Shown here in pieces: positions 27,065 through 36,709 of a stretch of DNA of 64,000 nucleotides. This DNA comes from Kofleriaceae bacterium (GTDB lineage Bacteria; Myxococcota_A; Polyangia; Haliangiales; Haliangiaceae). The stretch's first letter is position 1, and every line of letters begins with the position of its first letter. The stretch covers positions 32,001 through 96,000 of the forward strand of contig CBDCCZ010000039.1 of the NCBI GenBank assembly GCA_965215005.1. The letters are read 5' to 3'. Under the pieces are notes generated by a model. The model saw only the letters and a program-made list of their open reading frames with translations, made no database searches and was not told the origin of the DNA. The translations under genes and the position numbers were made by a program.

Positions 27065-29824
27065 CTAAGGGCGCTCGATGCGGAACGGCACGTTGGGAAC
27101 GGTGATCCCGGGCGCGGTGATGGTGAGGGTGCCTTCGGCAACGATGGGACCGCCATCGGTGCGCAGCGTGGCGGTGATCGAGCGGGCATCGGCGAGAGCG
27201 CGGGGTCCCAGCGGCATCGCGAAGGACGACATGGTGAAGGATGAAGCATCGATGCGCACCCAGCCGTCTTGCTGCTGCGTAGGCACCGCAGCAGGACGAA
27301 TTTCGATGGGCACAGCGCCACCGTTGCCGTCACCAGGCGAGACCTGCAGGCGCATCTCGACGTCGGTCGGTGGGCCGCCAAAGGCCACTGTCACGAGCAT
27401 GCGCAAGCTGTCACTCGGCAGTGGCTGGGGCGCCGCGGCGACCTCGAAGTCGATAGTGCGGTCCGCGTTGAGACTGCCTCCCGTGAGGAACGGCAGCCCT
27501 TCGCCCACGACGTAGCGATACCGGCCGGCGGCCAGCGGCTCGGCCGGCACGAAGCCGATGCGCTGGCCCTCGAGCACCACCGCGCCTGCCACCGGCTGGT
27601 CGTCTTCATCAATGAGCTTCACGTGCTGCGCAGCAAGCTCCTCGGCGCTGCTCGACTGCGAGCTATCCACCGGCTCAGAGAAGGCAAGCCACGGGCGGGC
27701 ATCGGGATACACCGCGGTGGCGTCTTTCTCCGGCCACTGCCCCAGCGGCGCTGCTCCTTTGGCCGTGAGCTGGCTGACGAAGGCAAGCAGGTCAGCCTGC
27801 TCCTGATCATCGAGCTCTGCCTCGGTGTAATCGATGGCGACCGCGAGGGCCTCGGGAATCCCCTTGGCTTGGCCGTGAACGAAGTAGATGCCGTGGCGAT
27901 AGACGCCGAGCAGCGACGGCACATCGGCGGGCACGCCGGACTTGCCTACCTCGATCATTTGACGGCTCGTGTACAGCGGCGGCGTGTGGCAGAGCGAGCA
28001 CTTCGCTTTGCCCTCGAACAGCGCCTCGCCGCGCAACGCGGCTTCCGTGTAGCTACCGTCGAGGCGGGTGTGTTGGTTGGCGGCCGGGGCGCCGATGAGC
28101 GATCCTAGAAACGCTTCGAGTGCGGCTGCCTCCTCCGCCGCCACGGGTCGCGCGACAATCGAGGCCGGCCCTTGGTAAGCGAAGTTCTCATAGCGCGATA
28201 CGTACCCGGCCCAGCCGATGGGCTCAGTGGCCGCCAGCAGCTGAATCGGCCGCACGTTGGCCCAGTCACGCGGGCCAAAGCGCCACCGCATCCCCTCGTT
28301 CTGTGCCTCGACGTGGCAGCTCGAGCACGAGTGTTGGCTGGCGTAATCGCCGCCAGGACGGGTAAAGATTTGCTCCCCCGCCGCCACGTCTGCAGGGCGG
28401 GCATCGTCGGCGAGCCTCACCGAGGTAACGCCGCTCGAGCCGATGATCCAGAGCTCGAGACTCATGTAGCAGTGCACCGCCACCGCTCCGTCGCCCAAGT
28501 CGATGAGTTGGCGCGGCCCGGCACCAACTTCAAAGCGCGCCCGCTCCTCCAAGGTCTGCCGATCGAGCTGCACTACAATGCCCGACGATTCGGCAGCAAC
28601 CCATATCGAGTCGCCAGCGAGCAACACGCCGGAAGGATTGACCACCACGGCTGCGGCGCTCGGCTGCCGCGACAGATCGGCGCGACGCAGCGTCTGGGCG
28701 AGATTTTCGGCCTCACCGACCAGCACTTGATGTACGAACGAGCTGCCGTCGGCCTGCGAGGGAATGGGGTCTCCTGCGGTGCCGACCACCGCCAGCTCGT
28801 CACCATCGACATCGATGGCGCGGAGCTCCGCCGATAAGCCGCTCACCCGATCGATCACCTCGGCGGTGGCGGTGTCGACGATCCACAGATCTTCATCATC
28901 GCCTGGGCCATAGTCGCGCATGGTGTCGACGTCTCGGTCGCCGGAGCGATACGAAGCCACAAACAACCGGCTGCCATCTTCGGAGAGAGCCATCGCGCGC
29001 GGATCGAAACCCACCTCGATGCGCTCGCTCACGACCCGCGCCTCCACATCGACCACCGCGACCTCGCCCATCGTCGGCAGGCTCACATACGCCCGCGCGC
29101 CATCCGGCGACAGCAACACCGCGGTCGGCTCGTCGCCGACCCACAGCGCATCCTCCAACACACCGCGGTCGCGATCGATGAAGCCCAACGTATCGCTGCC
29201 GCGCTGCGCGACCAGGACATAGGGCAATCCGTCATCGCCGGCGACCGAGCTCGGCCACGCGCCCACGGTCACTTCGTCGGCAACGCGCCAGCCGTTGTCA
29301 TTTACCAGCCTAGTGACTGAGTAGGTCGCGCCGTTGGCGACCCAGATCTCGTCGCCGACCCGCGTCGCGCCGTAGAGCGGCGTTAGATAATGGTTGCGGA
29401 ACCGCTCCGCCAGGGACCGCGCCACCACCGTGAGCTCGAGCTCCTCGGCCAACCCGGTGACCGCAAACCGATATTGCCCGGCGACATCGGGCGTGAAGCG
29501 CGGCGACGAAGTGCCTTCGCTGTACACGCGGTTTTCGCTGCCGGCCGGCGCCTCGGTGACGGTCCAGCTGGCGCCGTCTGGGCAGCTGGAGGCCAGCGAG
29601 GGCAGATAGAAAGTTTCGCCGAGCGTATGACTGCGGGGGTTCTGCAGCGGCAAGAGCTCGCCAACACACGCTGGCGTGGCCCCTGGATCGGTGGGCTCTG
29701 TTGGATCCGTGGGGTCGGTCGGGTCCGTCCCAGAGCCATCGCTGCCGTCTCCGCAGCCAGCCGCCAAGCTCAGGGTGGCGAGCGCGGCAAGCGCGCACAA
29801 TGTGAAGGTGCTACGGGTGTGCAT
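27065..29824 (-). CDS. Lipoprotein with a YncE/YVTN-type beta-propeller, a diheme cytochrome c (peroxidase/MauG-like arrangement) and an Ig-like domain
   Basis: Lipobox LAAGC then TDP repeats; propeller repeats VGAWP/VGDEP/VGFDP/VGAGP; CSSCH and RGEALFEGKAKCSLCH; DVPSLLG; AFSEPVD Ig-like start. Confidence 0.8.
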   Translation of the reverse strand: MHTRSTFTLCALAALATLSLAAGCGDGSDGSGTDPTDPTDPTEPTDPGATPACVGELLPLQNPRSHTLGETFYLPSLASSCPDGASWTVTEAPAGSENRVYSEGTSSPRFTPDVAGQYRFAVTGLAEELELTVVARSLAERFRNHYLTPLYGATRVGDEIWVANGATYSVTRLVNDNGWRVADEVTVGAWPSSVAGDDGLPYVLVAQRGSDTLGFIDRDRGVLEDALWVGDEPTAVLLSPDGARAYVSLPTMGEVAVVDVEARVVSERIEVGFDPRAMALSEDGSRLFVASYRSGDRDVDTMRDYGPGDDEDLWIVDTATAEVIDRVSGLSAELRAIDVDGDELAVVGTAGDPIPSQADGSSFVHQVLVGEAENLAQTLRRADLSRQPSAAAVVVNPSGVLLAGDSIWVAAESSGIVVQLDRQTLEERARFEVGAGPRQLIDLGDGAVAVHCYMSLELWIIGSSGVTSVRLADDARPADVAAGEQIFTRPGGDYASQHSCSSCHVEAQNEGMRWRFGPRDWANVRPIQLLAATEPIGWAGYVSRYENFAYQGPASIVARPVAAEEAAALEAFLGSLIGAPAANQHTRLDGSYTEAALRGEALFEGKAKCSLCHTPPLYTSRQMIEVGKSGVPADVPSLLGVYRHGIYFVHGQAKGIPEALAVAIDYTEAELDDQEQADLLAFVSQLTAKGAAPLGQWPEKDATAVYPDARPWLAFSEPVDSSQSSSAEELAAQHVKLIDEDDQPVAGAVVLEGQRIGFVPAEPLAAGRYRYVVGEGLPFLTGGSLNADRTIDFEVAAAPQPLPSDSLRMLVTVAFGGPPTDVEMRLQVSPGDGNGGAVPIEIRPAAVPTQQQDGWVRIDASSFTMSSFAMPLGPRALADARSITATLRTDGGPIVAEGTLTITAPGITVPNVPFRIERP

Positions 29825-29955
29825 TGCCGCGTAACCTGCCGCCACTCCTACGAGAGTTCGGTGTTGATTTGGCTGCAATTATGTCGGCTTTTGTCCCGCC
29901 AATCAGGCAAGTAAGCTACATCACCCAAATCGCCCTACCACCGCTCTGCCCGGGC

Positions 29956-31074
29956 TCAGCCCCCGCGATGCTCTCGCACGATGCCGAGCATCCGCCGCAG
30001 CGGCTCGGCGGCTCCCCACAGCAGCTGATCGCCCACCGAAAACGCAGTCAGATACTCGGGTCCCATCCGCATCTTGCGCAGCCGCCCCACCGGCACCTCC
30101 AGCGTTCCCGTCACCGCCGCCGGCGTGAGCTGCGCCAAGGTGGCCTCCTTGGTGTTTTCCACCACCTTCGTCCACGGATGCGCCTCGGAGATGATCGCCT
30201 CCAATTCATCGAGCGGCACGTCTTTGCGCAGCTTGATCGTGAAGCCTTGAGCGTGACACCGCATGGCTCCGATCCGAACGCACTGGCCATCCACCGGGAT
30301 GGGCGTTTTCGTGGCCAAGATCTTGTTGCTCTCGGCAAAGCCTTTCCATTCTTCCCGCGTCTGTCCGCCTTCCACGGCCCGGTCGATCCACGGCAACAAG
30401 TTGCCAGCGAGTGGATAGCCGAAGTTGCCGATGGGAAAGTCCGCGTGCCGCAACCGCTCGGTGATGAGCCGATCGAACTCCACCGCGCCGACCGCCGGAT
30501 CCGCCAGAGCGGTAGCGGCGGCCTGCGACAGCGCGGCCATCTGCGCAATGAGCTCGCGCATATGCGCCGCACCAGCGCCCGAAGCAGCCTGGTACGTCAT
30601 CGTGCTCACCCACTCGACCAGCCCTGCATCGTAGAGACCAGCAAGCCCCATGAGCATCAGGCTCGTGGTGCAGTTAGGCCCTACGAAGGTCTTGCGGCCC
30701 TCGCGAAGGCCGCTGTCGATCACCCGCCGGTTCACCGGATCGAGGATGAGCACCGCCTCGTCTTGCATGCGCAGCGCCGACGCCGCATCGATCCAATAGC
30801 CCTGCCACCCGGCCGCGCGCAGCTTCGGATAGACCTCCTGGGTGTAGTCGCCGCCCTGACACGACACCAGGACGTCAAATTTCGCCAGCGTGTCGATGGC
30901 GCCAGCGTCGAGCAGCGGTCGCGCTTCGCCAGCCACATTTGGCCCCGGCTTGCCCGGGCTAGAGGTCGAGAAGAAGCTCGCGTCGAGCCCATCGAAATCG
31001 CCTTCCGCGCGCATGCGGTCCAGGAGAACCGAGCCAACCATGCCGCGCCAGCCGATGAAACCGGTCTTCATCAT
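29956..31074 (-). CDS. asd: Aspartate-semialdehyde dehydrogenase (enterobacterial/beta-gamma type)
   Basis: GFIGWRGMVGSVL, CQGGDYT, YWIDAASALRM, catalytic NCT, TYQAASGAGA, GDQLLWGAAEPLRRML. Confidence 0.97.
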   Translation of the reverse strand: MMKTGFIGWRGMVGSVLLDRMRAEGDFDGLDASFFSTSSPGKPGPNVAGEARPLLDAGAIDTLAKFDVLVSCQGGDYTQEVYPKLRAAGWQGYWIDAASALRMQDEAVLILDPVNRRVIDSGLREGRKTFVGPNCTTSLMLMGLAGLYDAGLVEWVSTMTYQAASGAGAAHMRELIAQMAALSQAAATALADPAVGAVEFDRLITERLRHADFPIGNFGYPLAGNLLPWIDRAVEGGQTREEWKGFAESNKILATKTPIPVDGQCVRIGAMRCHAQGFTIKLRKDVPLDELEAIISEAHPWTKVVENTKEATLAQLTPAAVTGTLEVPVGRLRKMRMGPEYLTAFSVGDQLLWGAAEPLRRMLGIVREHRGG

Positions 31075-31181
31075 GCCCCGTTCCTTACCACAGTCGCTGC
31101 GTCTCGCCGGCAACTCCTCGAGCTTGCTCTGCGCCCTCGGCCTACATCGCCGCTCATCAACGCGCGACGCAGTCGCCTACT

Positions 31182-31197
31182 TGGCTCGGGTGTCGCT
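31182..31197 (+). promoter_or_regulatory. Possible sigma-54 promoter of the second kinase gene
   Basis: TGGCTC-GGGTG-TCGCT has GG-N10-GC spacing but a weaker -12 element. Confidence 0.3.
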
Positions 31198-31226
31198 TTT
31201 GTCTCCAGAACCGCCGCGCATCGCCG

Positions 31227-34200
31227 ATGCTAAAGCTACTGATGCGTAGCTCCCGGACAGAAGCTCTCGGCGGTGGCCGATTCGAGCTCCGCCGCATGCT
31301 GGGCGAAGGCGGCATGGGCGTCGTGTATGAGGCCTACGACCGCGAGCGCCGGTCCCTGGTGGCGCTCAAGACCCTGCGCAGCCTTGAGCCAGATGCCCTG
31401 CTGCGCTTCAAGTCCGAGTTCCGCCGCCTCAGTAACCTCGTGCATCCCAACCTGGTGGCGTTTGGCGAGCTCGTCGATCACGACGGACAGCCGTTCTTCA
31501 CCATGGAGCTGATCCGCGGCACCGAATTTCTCCGCTACGTGCGGCCGGGCCCCGCCGATGCCCCAGCGGCCGAGGGCACCGCCGCCGTCGAGCTCCCCGA
31601 AGATCTACAAAGCACACAAAGCTCGCTGTTCGCGGTCATGGGCGATGGCGACCATTCCGCCAGCGCCCCGCTGCCCTGCCGGCCGCTGCGCGCCGCACGA
31701 TTCGACGAGCTGCGCCTGCGCAACAGTCTCACCCAGCTCGCCTCTGGGCTCGAAGCGCTCCATCAGAGCGGGATGGTCCATCGCGATATCAAGCCGTCGA
31801 ATCTGCTCATCACCGACAGCGGCCGGCTCGTGATCCTCGATTTTGGCCTGGTGACCGATGCCGGCACCGATCGCATCACCGATCAGGACCAGGTGGTTGG
31901 CACCGTCACGTATATGGCGCCAGAGCAGATGCGCTCGGCGGCGGTCGACGCGGCTGCCGACTGCTATTCGCTCGGGGTCATCTTGTACATCGCCCTCACC
32001 GGCGAGCGGCCGTTTTCCGGCAATCTCTATCAAATCCTGCGCAGCAAAGAACGCGAGCTTCCGGCACTGCCAAGCAGCTATGTCGACGGCGTTCCATCCG
32101 ATCTCGAGACGCTTTGTATGGCCCTTTTGTCGTCCACGCCGGCGCAGCGTCCAACCGCGTCAGACGTGCTCGCGAGCGCTACTCGACACCAGCCAGCGCC
32201 GACCGTCAATGCCACCACGAGCATCGGCTTCGTAGGCCGCATCGACGAGCTACGCCTGGTGCGTGAAGCGCTCATGACCAGCCGAAGTCAGCCATGTGGG
32301 TGCGTCTTCGCGGGCGTCTCGGGCATCGGCAAATCGGCGCTGCTGCAGCAGGTTGGCGAGCGCGCCCGCGAGCTCGATGGCGCAGTGGTGTTGCACGGGC
32401 GCTGTTATCAGCGCGAGTCGATGCCGTACAAGGGCCTCGATGAGCTCGTCGATGAGCTCGCCGCCTATCTGCGCGAGCTCGAGCCAGCGGAAATCGACCG
32501 TCTCATTCCCAACGATGCCGGACTGTTGCCGCGAGTGTTTTCGGTGCTGCGGCGGATTCCGGCGCTCCGCGCGAGCGAGAGCGTGCAACCCCTCGGTGGT
32601 GCAGGACACGAGCTCCGCAGCGCGGCGTTCGCAGCGATGCGCGAGCTACTCCGCCGCCTCGCCGATGGGCGCCCCCTGGTGCTGATCATCGACGACGTGC
32701 AGTGGAGCGACGCCGATAGCCTGGCGCTGCTCAGCGAGCTTCTCAAAGCACCCGAAGCCCCGGCAGCGCTGCTGGTGCTCGCGCTGCGCACCGATGCCGA
32801 CAGCCCGACGCTCACCCTCGAGACCCTGCAGCGCGCGCTTCCCATCGAGCTCCACCGAATCGATCTCGATAACCTCTCGCTCGCCGACGCTCATGCGCTG
32901 ACGCAGCGTTTGATCTCCGAGCATGGCGGCCGCATCGACGCTGCGGCGATCGCCGTCGAGTCGGCGGGCCATCCGCTGTTCATCGATTCCTTGGTGCGTT
33001 ACCGAATCGCTCAACCCGACGAAGAACGTCCGGTTAAGCTCGAAGAAGCCCTGTGGTGGCGAATTCAACGCCTAGACGCCGCAGCCCGCGAGCTACTCGA
33101 GCTGGTGTGCGTGGCCGGGCGTCCTGTCGAACGAGCAACCGCCGCACGGGCCACCAGCCCCGACCCCGCGCAGCTGGATCGGCTCTGCGGGCTCCTCGCG
33201 AGCGCGCATCTCATGCGTCAAGGCGGCGCCGGCGATAGCGGATTGCTCGAGCCATTCCACGACCGGGTTCGCGCCGCGGTGGTCCATCACCTCTCGGAAA
33301 CGCAGCGTGCTCACTGGCATGGCCGGCTGGCGCTAGCGCTGGAGAGCACCGGCTCAGTCGATGTCGAGCGACTTGGCGATCACTGGCGAGCCGCGGGTGA
33401 AGCGCGTCGCGCTGGAGAGTATTTCGAGCGCGCTGCGATCGAAGCCAAAGACGCGTTGGCGTTCGATCGCGCCGCCAGATTGTTTGCGGCGTGTCTCGAG
33501 CTCGCCAGCAATATCACCAGCGAGCGTGAGCGCGAGCTGCGCATCGCCATGGGCGACGCGTTGGTGGCGGCTGGACGCGGCTACGCTGGCGCCGAGCAAT
33601 ATTTGCGAGCGGCCAGCGGCGCCAGTCCCGCGATGGGGCTCGAGCTGCGCCGGCGGGCGGCGGAGCATCAAATTCGCAGCGGGCACATCGACGCCGGCAT
33701 GCGCGATCTCGATGCGGTGCTCCGCGAGGTCGGCCTCACCCTGCCGCAAACGCCACGGCAGGCGCTGGCGCATCTGCTGTGGCGACGGTTGCGGCTCAAG
33801 GTGCGCGGGCTCAGATATCGGCTGCGTTCGAGCGACGACTTGACGCCAAGGCAGCGCACGCGAATCGATGCGTGTTGGTCGGCGGCCGCGTCGCTGGCGC
33901 TGGTCGACCCGCTGCGCGGCGTGTTGTTCCAGTCGCACAACCTGGCGCTGGCCCTGCAATGCGGCGAGCCGTATCGGGTTGCGCGCGCCCTCGCCGTGGA
34001 GGCGTGCTTCGTCTCCAACGCCGGTCCGAAGAAACGCAATCGCTGCCGAGAGCTGTGTGAGCAATCGCGCGCGCTAGCGAACTCGATCGAGGATCCCCAC
34101 GCGCTGGCGTGGGCACGAACCGCCGAGGGCGCGGTAGCGTACTTGTTCGGCGACTGGCGCGCAGCTGTGGAAATCTGCCGCGACGGCGAAGAGAGGATGC

Positions 34201-35012
34201 GTCGCGTTGCCGGCGGCACGACCTGGGAGATCAACACTCTGCAGCTCTTTGGTCTGGCTTCGTCGCTCATCACCGGCGACTTGCAGACCCTCTACGAGCT
34301 GCTCCCCGTGCGGCTGCGCGAGGCTGAAGATCGGGGCGATCTTTGGGCCGCTTTCAACCTGCGCACCGGCCACGTCAATGCCGCGTGGCTAGCGCGCGGC
34401 GACGTCGCCCGCGCGCGCCGCCTTGCCGGCGAAGCGGCCAGCAACTTGTCGACACGGGGATTCTTCGTACATCACTATTACGACCTGCTGGCGCACACGC
34501 AGATCGCCTTGTACGAGGGCGATGTCGCGGCGGCGCGCCAGCTCGTTCTCGCGCACTGGCCAGCATTTACCGGCTCCATGCTCACGCGGGTGCACCAAGT
34601 GCGCGCGTTTGCCTGGCACTTGCGCGCGCGCACCGCCGTTGCCGCTGCCGCCTACGCTAGCGCCGCCGAGCAGCCGCCGCTATTGCGCGAGGCGCGACAG
34701 ATCGCCAAACGACTCCGGCGTGAAGGCGCCGCGTGGTGCACGGCGCTCGCGCTTGCCATCGAAGCCGGAGCAACCACGGTGAGCGGCCCCGCAGAGGCCG
34801 CTCGCGCCGCTCTGGCAACCGCACAACACGCCTTGGAAGCCGCCGACATGCAGCTCCACGCCGCCGCGTTGCGCCACCTGGCAAGCGCTCACTACGACGG
34901 CGAGGTCGGCACCCGGCTCGGCGCCGATACCCACGAGTGGTTTGCCGAGCGAAGCGTGCCCGAGCCGGCCAAGCTCGCGTTCATGCTGGTTCCGGGCGCG
35001 CGTCAACGCTGA
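31227..35012 (+). CDS. Second Ser/Thr kinase-AAA/STAND ATPase-TPR protein, paralogue of 21845-25660 (start may be 31242)
   Basis: LGEGGMGVVY, VALK, HRDIKPSN, DFG, YMAPE; GVSGIGKS, LIIDDVQWSD, GHPLF. Confidence 0.93.
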   Translation: MLKLLMRSSRTEALGGGRFELRRMLGEGGMGVVYEAYDRERRSLVALKTLRSLEPDALLRFKSEFRRLSNLVHPNLVAFGELVDHDGQPFFTMELIRGTEFLRYVRPGPADAPAAEGTAAVELPEDLQSTQSSLFAVMGDGDHSASAPLPCRPLRAARFDELRLRNSLTQLASGLEALHQSGMVHRDIKPSNLLITDSGRLVILDFGLVTDAGTDRITDQDQVVGTVTYMAPEQMRSAAVDAAADCYSLGVILYIALTGERPFSGNLYQILRSKERELPALPSSYVDGVPSDLETLCMALLSSTPAQRPTASDVLASATRHQPAPTVNATTSIGFVGRIDELRLVREALMTSRSQPCGCVFAGVSGIGKSALLQQVGERARELDGAVVLHGRCYQRESMPYKGLDELVDELAAYLRELEPAEIDRLIPNDAGLLPRVFSVLRRIPALRASESVQPLGGAGHELRSAAFAAMRELLRRLADGRPLVLIIDDVQWSDADSLALLSELLKAPEAPAALLVLALRTDADSPTLTLETLQRALPIELHRIDLDNLSLADAHALTQRLISEHGGRIDAAAIAVESAGHPLFIDSLVRYRIAQPDEERPVKLEEALWWRIQRLDAAARELLELVCVAGRPVERATAARATSPDPAQLDRLCGLLASAHLMRQGGAGDSGLLEPFHDRVRAAVVHHLSETQRAHWHGRLALALESTGSVDVERLGDHWRAAGEARRAGEYFERAAIEAKDALAFDRAARLFAACLELASNITSERERELRIAMGDALVAAGRGYAGAEQYLRAASGASPAMGLELRRRAAEHQIRSGHIDAGMRDLDAVLREVGLTLPQTPRQALAHLLWRRLRLKVRGLRYRLRSSDDLTPRQRTRIDACWSAAASLALVDPLRGVLFQSHNLALALQCGEPYRVARALAVEACFVSNAGPKKRNRCRELCEQSRALANSIEDPHALAWARTAEGAVAYLFGDWRAAVEICRDGEERMRRVAGGTTWEINTLQLFGLASSLITGDLQTLYELLPVRLREAEDRGDLWAAFNLRTGHVNAAWLARGDVARARRLAGEAASNLSTRGFFVHHYYDLLAHTQIALYEGDVAAARQLVLAHWPAFTGSMLTRVHQVRAFAWHLRARTAVAAAAYASAAEQPPLLREARQIAKRLRREGAAWCTALALAIEAGATTVSGPAEAARAALATAQHALEAADMQLHAAALRHLASAHYDGEVGTRLGADTHEWFAERSVPEPAKLAFMLVPGARQR

Positions 35013-35017
35013 GATGG

Positions 35018-36709
35018 TCAGCGAACCTCACGCCACAGACCAACCGGCAATAGATAGTCGCGAACCGCGCGCAGGTGAACTTCGACTCGCGGACTGGTTG
35101 CGTCGGGCGTGAGCCGCCGCAACCGCAGCGTGAGATACGGATCGTCGGCAAAGGCCTGGCCGTGCTCGCTCATCAACTTGCGGACTGCCGCGCGGAGCTC
35201 GATTCGCGGCTCGGCGGCGATGCCGGTAGCGACGATGACGTCAGCCGCTGCGGTGCGGTTCCATCGCAGCTGCCAGCCGTAACGCTGCTCCAGGGTCCGC
35301 AGCCCTGCCATCACCTCCAGATCCTCGAATCGCACCTCATAGCCATTGTCGACGCGCGGCTCATCGAAGCCGACCATGCGCTCGAAGACGTAGCGCAATA
35401 CCTTGTTACGCCGGGCCATGAGCACGTCCGTCACCAACGCCGCAGCCTCCTCTCGCTGATAGGCCGCCGTGCTCACCGCGGCTTCGACGTGCTCACGCTG
35501 AAAGTGCGCCATGATCGAAGCAGCCCAAAATTCGTCCTCGGCGGTGACTTCGTCGAAGGCGGGATTGGGCATGATCGGGCGCCAGCGCTGGGGATCGAAG
35601 TACTCGGACTCGAAGATTCCCACTGATCGATAGGGGCTGCGTTGCGCGCCCAGCCAGTAGGGATACCTCAACCCGAGGCCAAACATTCTCTTGAACACCT
35701 GGCTCCAGTCGATGCGGTATTCGTAGCCTTCACCGGCGTGCTTCTCGCGATCGCCGACCGCTCCGAGCGAGTCACCAAAGTCGATGAGGTAGTGGCGCAC
35801 GTAGCCGAGATTTCGCTCCGCATCGACCTCGATGAACGCATCGATGGTGTTTTGGCTGCGGGTATCGGTGTTGTTTAGCCAAGCGGAGAAGAGTCGCAAT
35901 CCGCGGAGGCTACGGCGTCGCTCGTGCGGAATGTTGTCGTTGGGGTCGTCGGCGCGCACGCCGCGATAGCGAAACGGCCCCACGGCACGCCCAGGTACCT
36001 GCCGGCTAAACAACGCATGCACGCGGCCTTCGCTGTTGGCGTTGAGCTGCAGGATGAGGACCCCGAGCGCTTCCTGGGTGAGCGGAATCGTGCGGTTGTA
36101 GTCGTCCACGGTGGTCGCGTTACTGGCCAGTCGCAGCCGCGACAGGTCGAGCTCGAGCAGATATGTCTCGGGCACCCAATACCCGGCCGCCCACACCAGC
36201 CGCGAGGCAGTCATCTCAGCGCCGGTGGTCAGCTGCGGAAAGCCAGGAGGGTCGAATTTGACGAACCAGACCACTCCCTGGGAGTCGCGCACAACGGTGC
36301 CAGGCGTAGCGCCCTCAGTCTTGCCGCTGATGACGAGCAGCGAACCAGGGGCGGGACCAAATCCGGTGTTTGGCCCCTTCGCGACTGCCTCTGGGGTCAA
36401 CACGTAGCGGCCCATCCGATTCGTAAACCACGTCGAGTCGGCAACCTCACCAAAGGCGTTCACATCGAGCGCGGGCCGCGACTCGGTGGCGGCATCGATC
36501 CAGCGCGCCGGGCTCAGTAACTTCGCGAACGGCACCACAGTGGTGTGCAGCGCGGTGTTCCACCAGTCGGTAGGGATTCCGCTGGTGATCGGTTGCCGGT
36601 GCAGCAGCTCCACCGGCGCACGCTGATAGATCTCATCGTGCGGGGATTTCTTCCAGGCGGGAACGCACGCAGCGACAGTGGTAATGAGCAGAGCTAGAGC
36701 GAGCCGCAT
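35018..36709 (-). CDS. Lipoprotein with an atypical protein-kinase-like (HipA/PI3-4 kinase-like) domain
   Basis: Lipobox TVAAC; GKTEGATPG...WFVKFD (Gly loop and Lys), GAEMTASRLVWAAGYWVP (helix C Glu), WLNNTDTRSQN (catalytic loop), YLIDFG. The start overlaps the upstream stop (TGATG). Confidence 0.7.
   Translation of the reverse strand: MRLALALLITTVAACVPAWKKSPHDEIYQRAPVELLHRQPITSGIPTDWWNTALHTTVVPFAKLLSPARWIDAATESRPALDVNAFGEVADSTWFTNRMGRYVLTPEAVAKGPNTGFGPAPGSLLVISGKTEGATPGTVVRDSQGVVWFVKFDPPGFPQLTTGAEMTASRLVWAAGYWVPETYLLELDLSRLRLASNATTVDDYNRTIPLTQEALGVLILQLNANSEGRVHALFSRQVPGRAVGPFRYRGVRADDPNDNIPHERRRSLRGLRLFSAWLNNTDTRSQNTIDAFIEVDAERNLGYVRHYLIDFGDSLGAVGDREKHAGEGYEYRIDWSQVFKRMFGLGLRYPYWLGAQRSPYRSVGIFESEYFDPQRWRPIMPNPAFDEVTAEDEFWAASIMAHFQREHVEAAVSTAAYQREEAAALVTDVLMARRNKVLRYVFERMVGFDEPRVDNGYEVRFEDLEVMAGLRTLEQRYGWQLRWNRTAAADVIVATGIAAEPRIELRAAVRKLMSEHGQAFADDPYLTLRLRRLTPDATSPRVEVHLRAVRDYLLPVGLWREVR

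Noticed and set aside
29824..31233. 469-aa plus-strand ORF, and similar long shadow ORFs such as 3416-4603, 7829-9316, 15137-16510, 17890-19440, 49087-50262 and 56172-57383
   Set aside because: They are antisense or off-frame to well-supported genes, have no motifs, and are expected in high-GC DNA.
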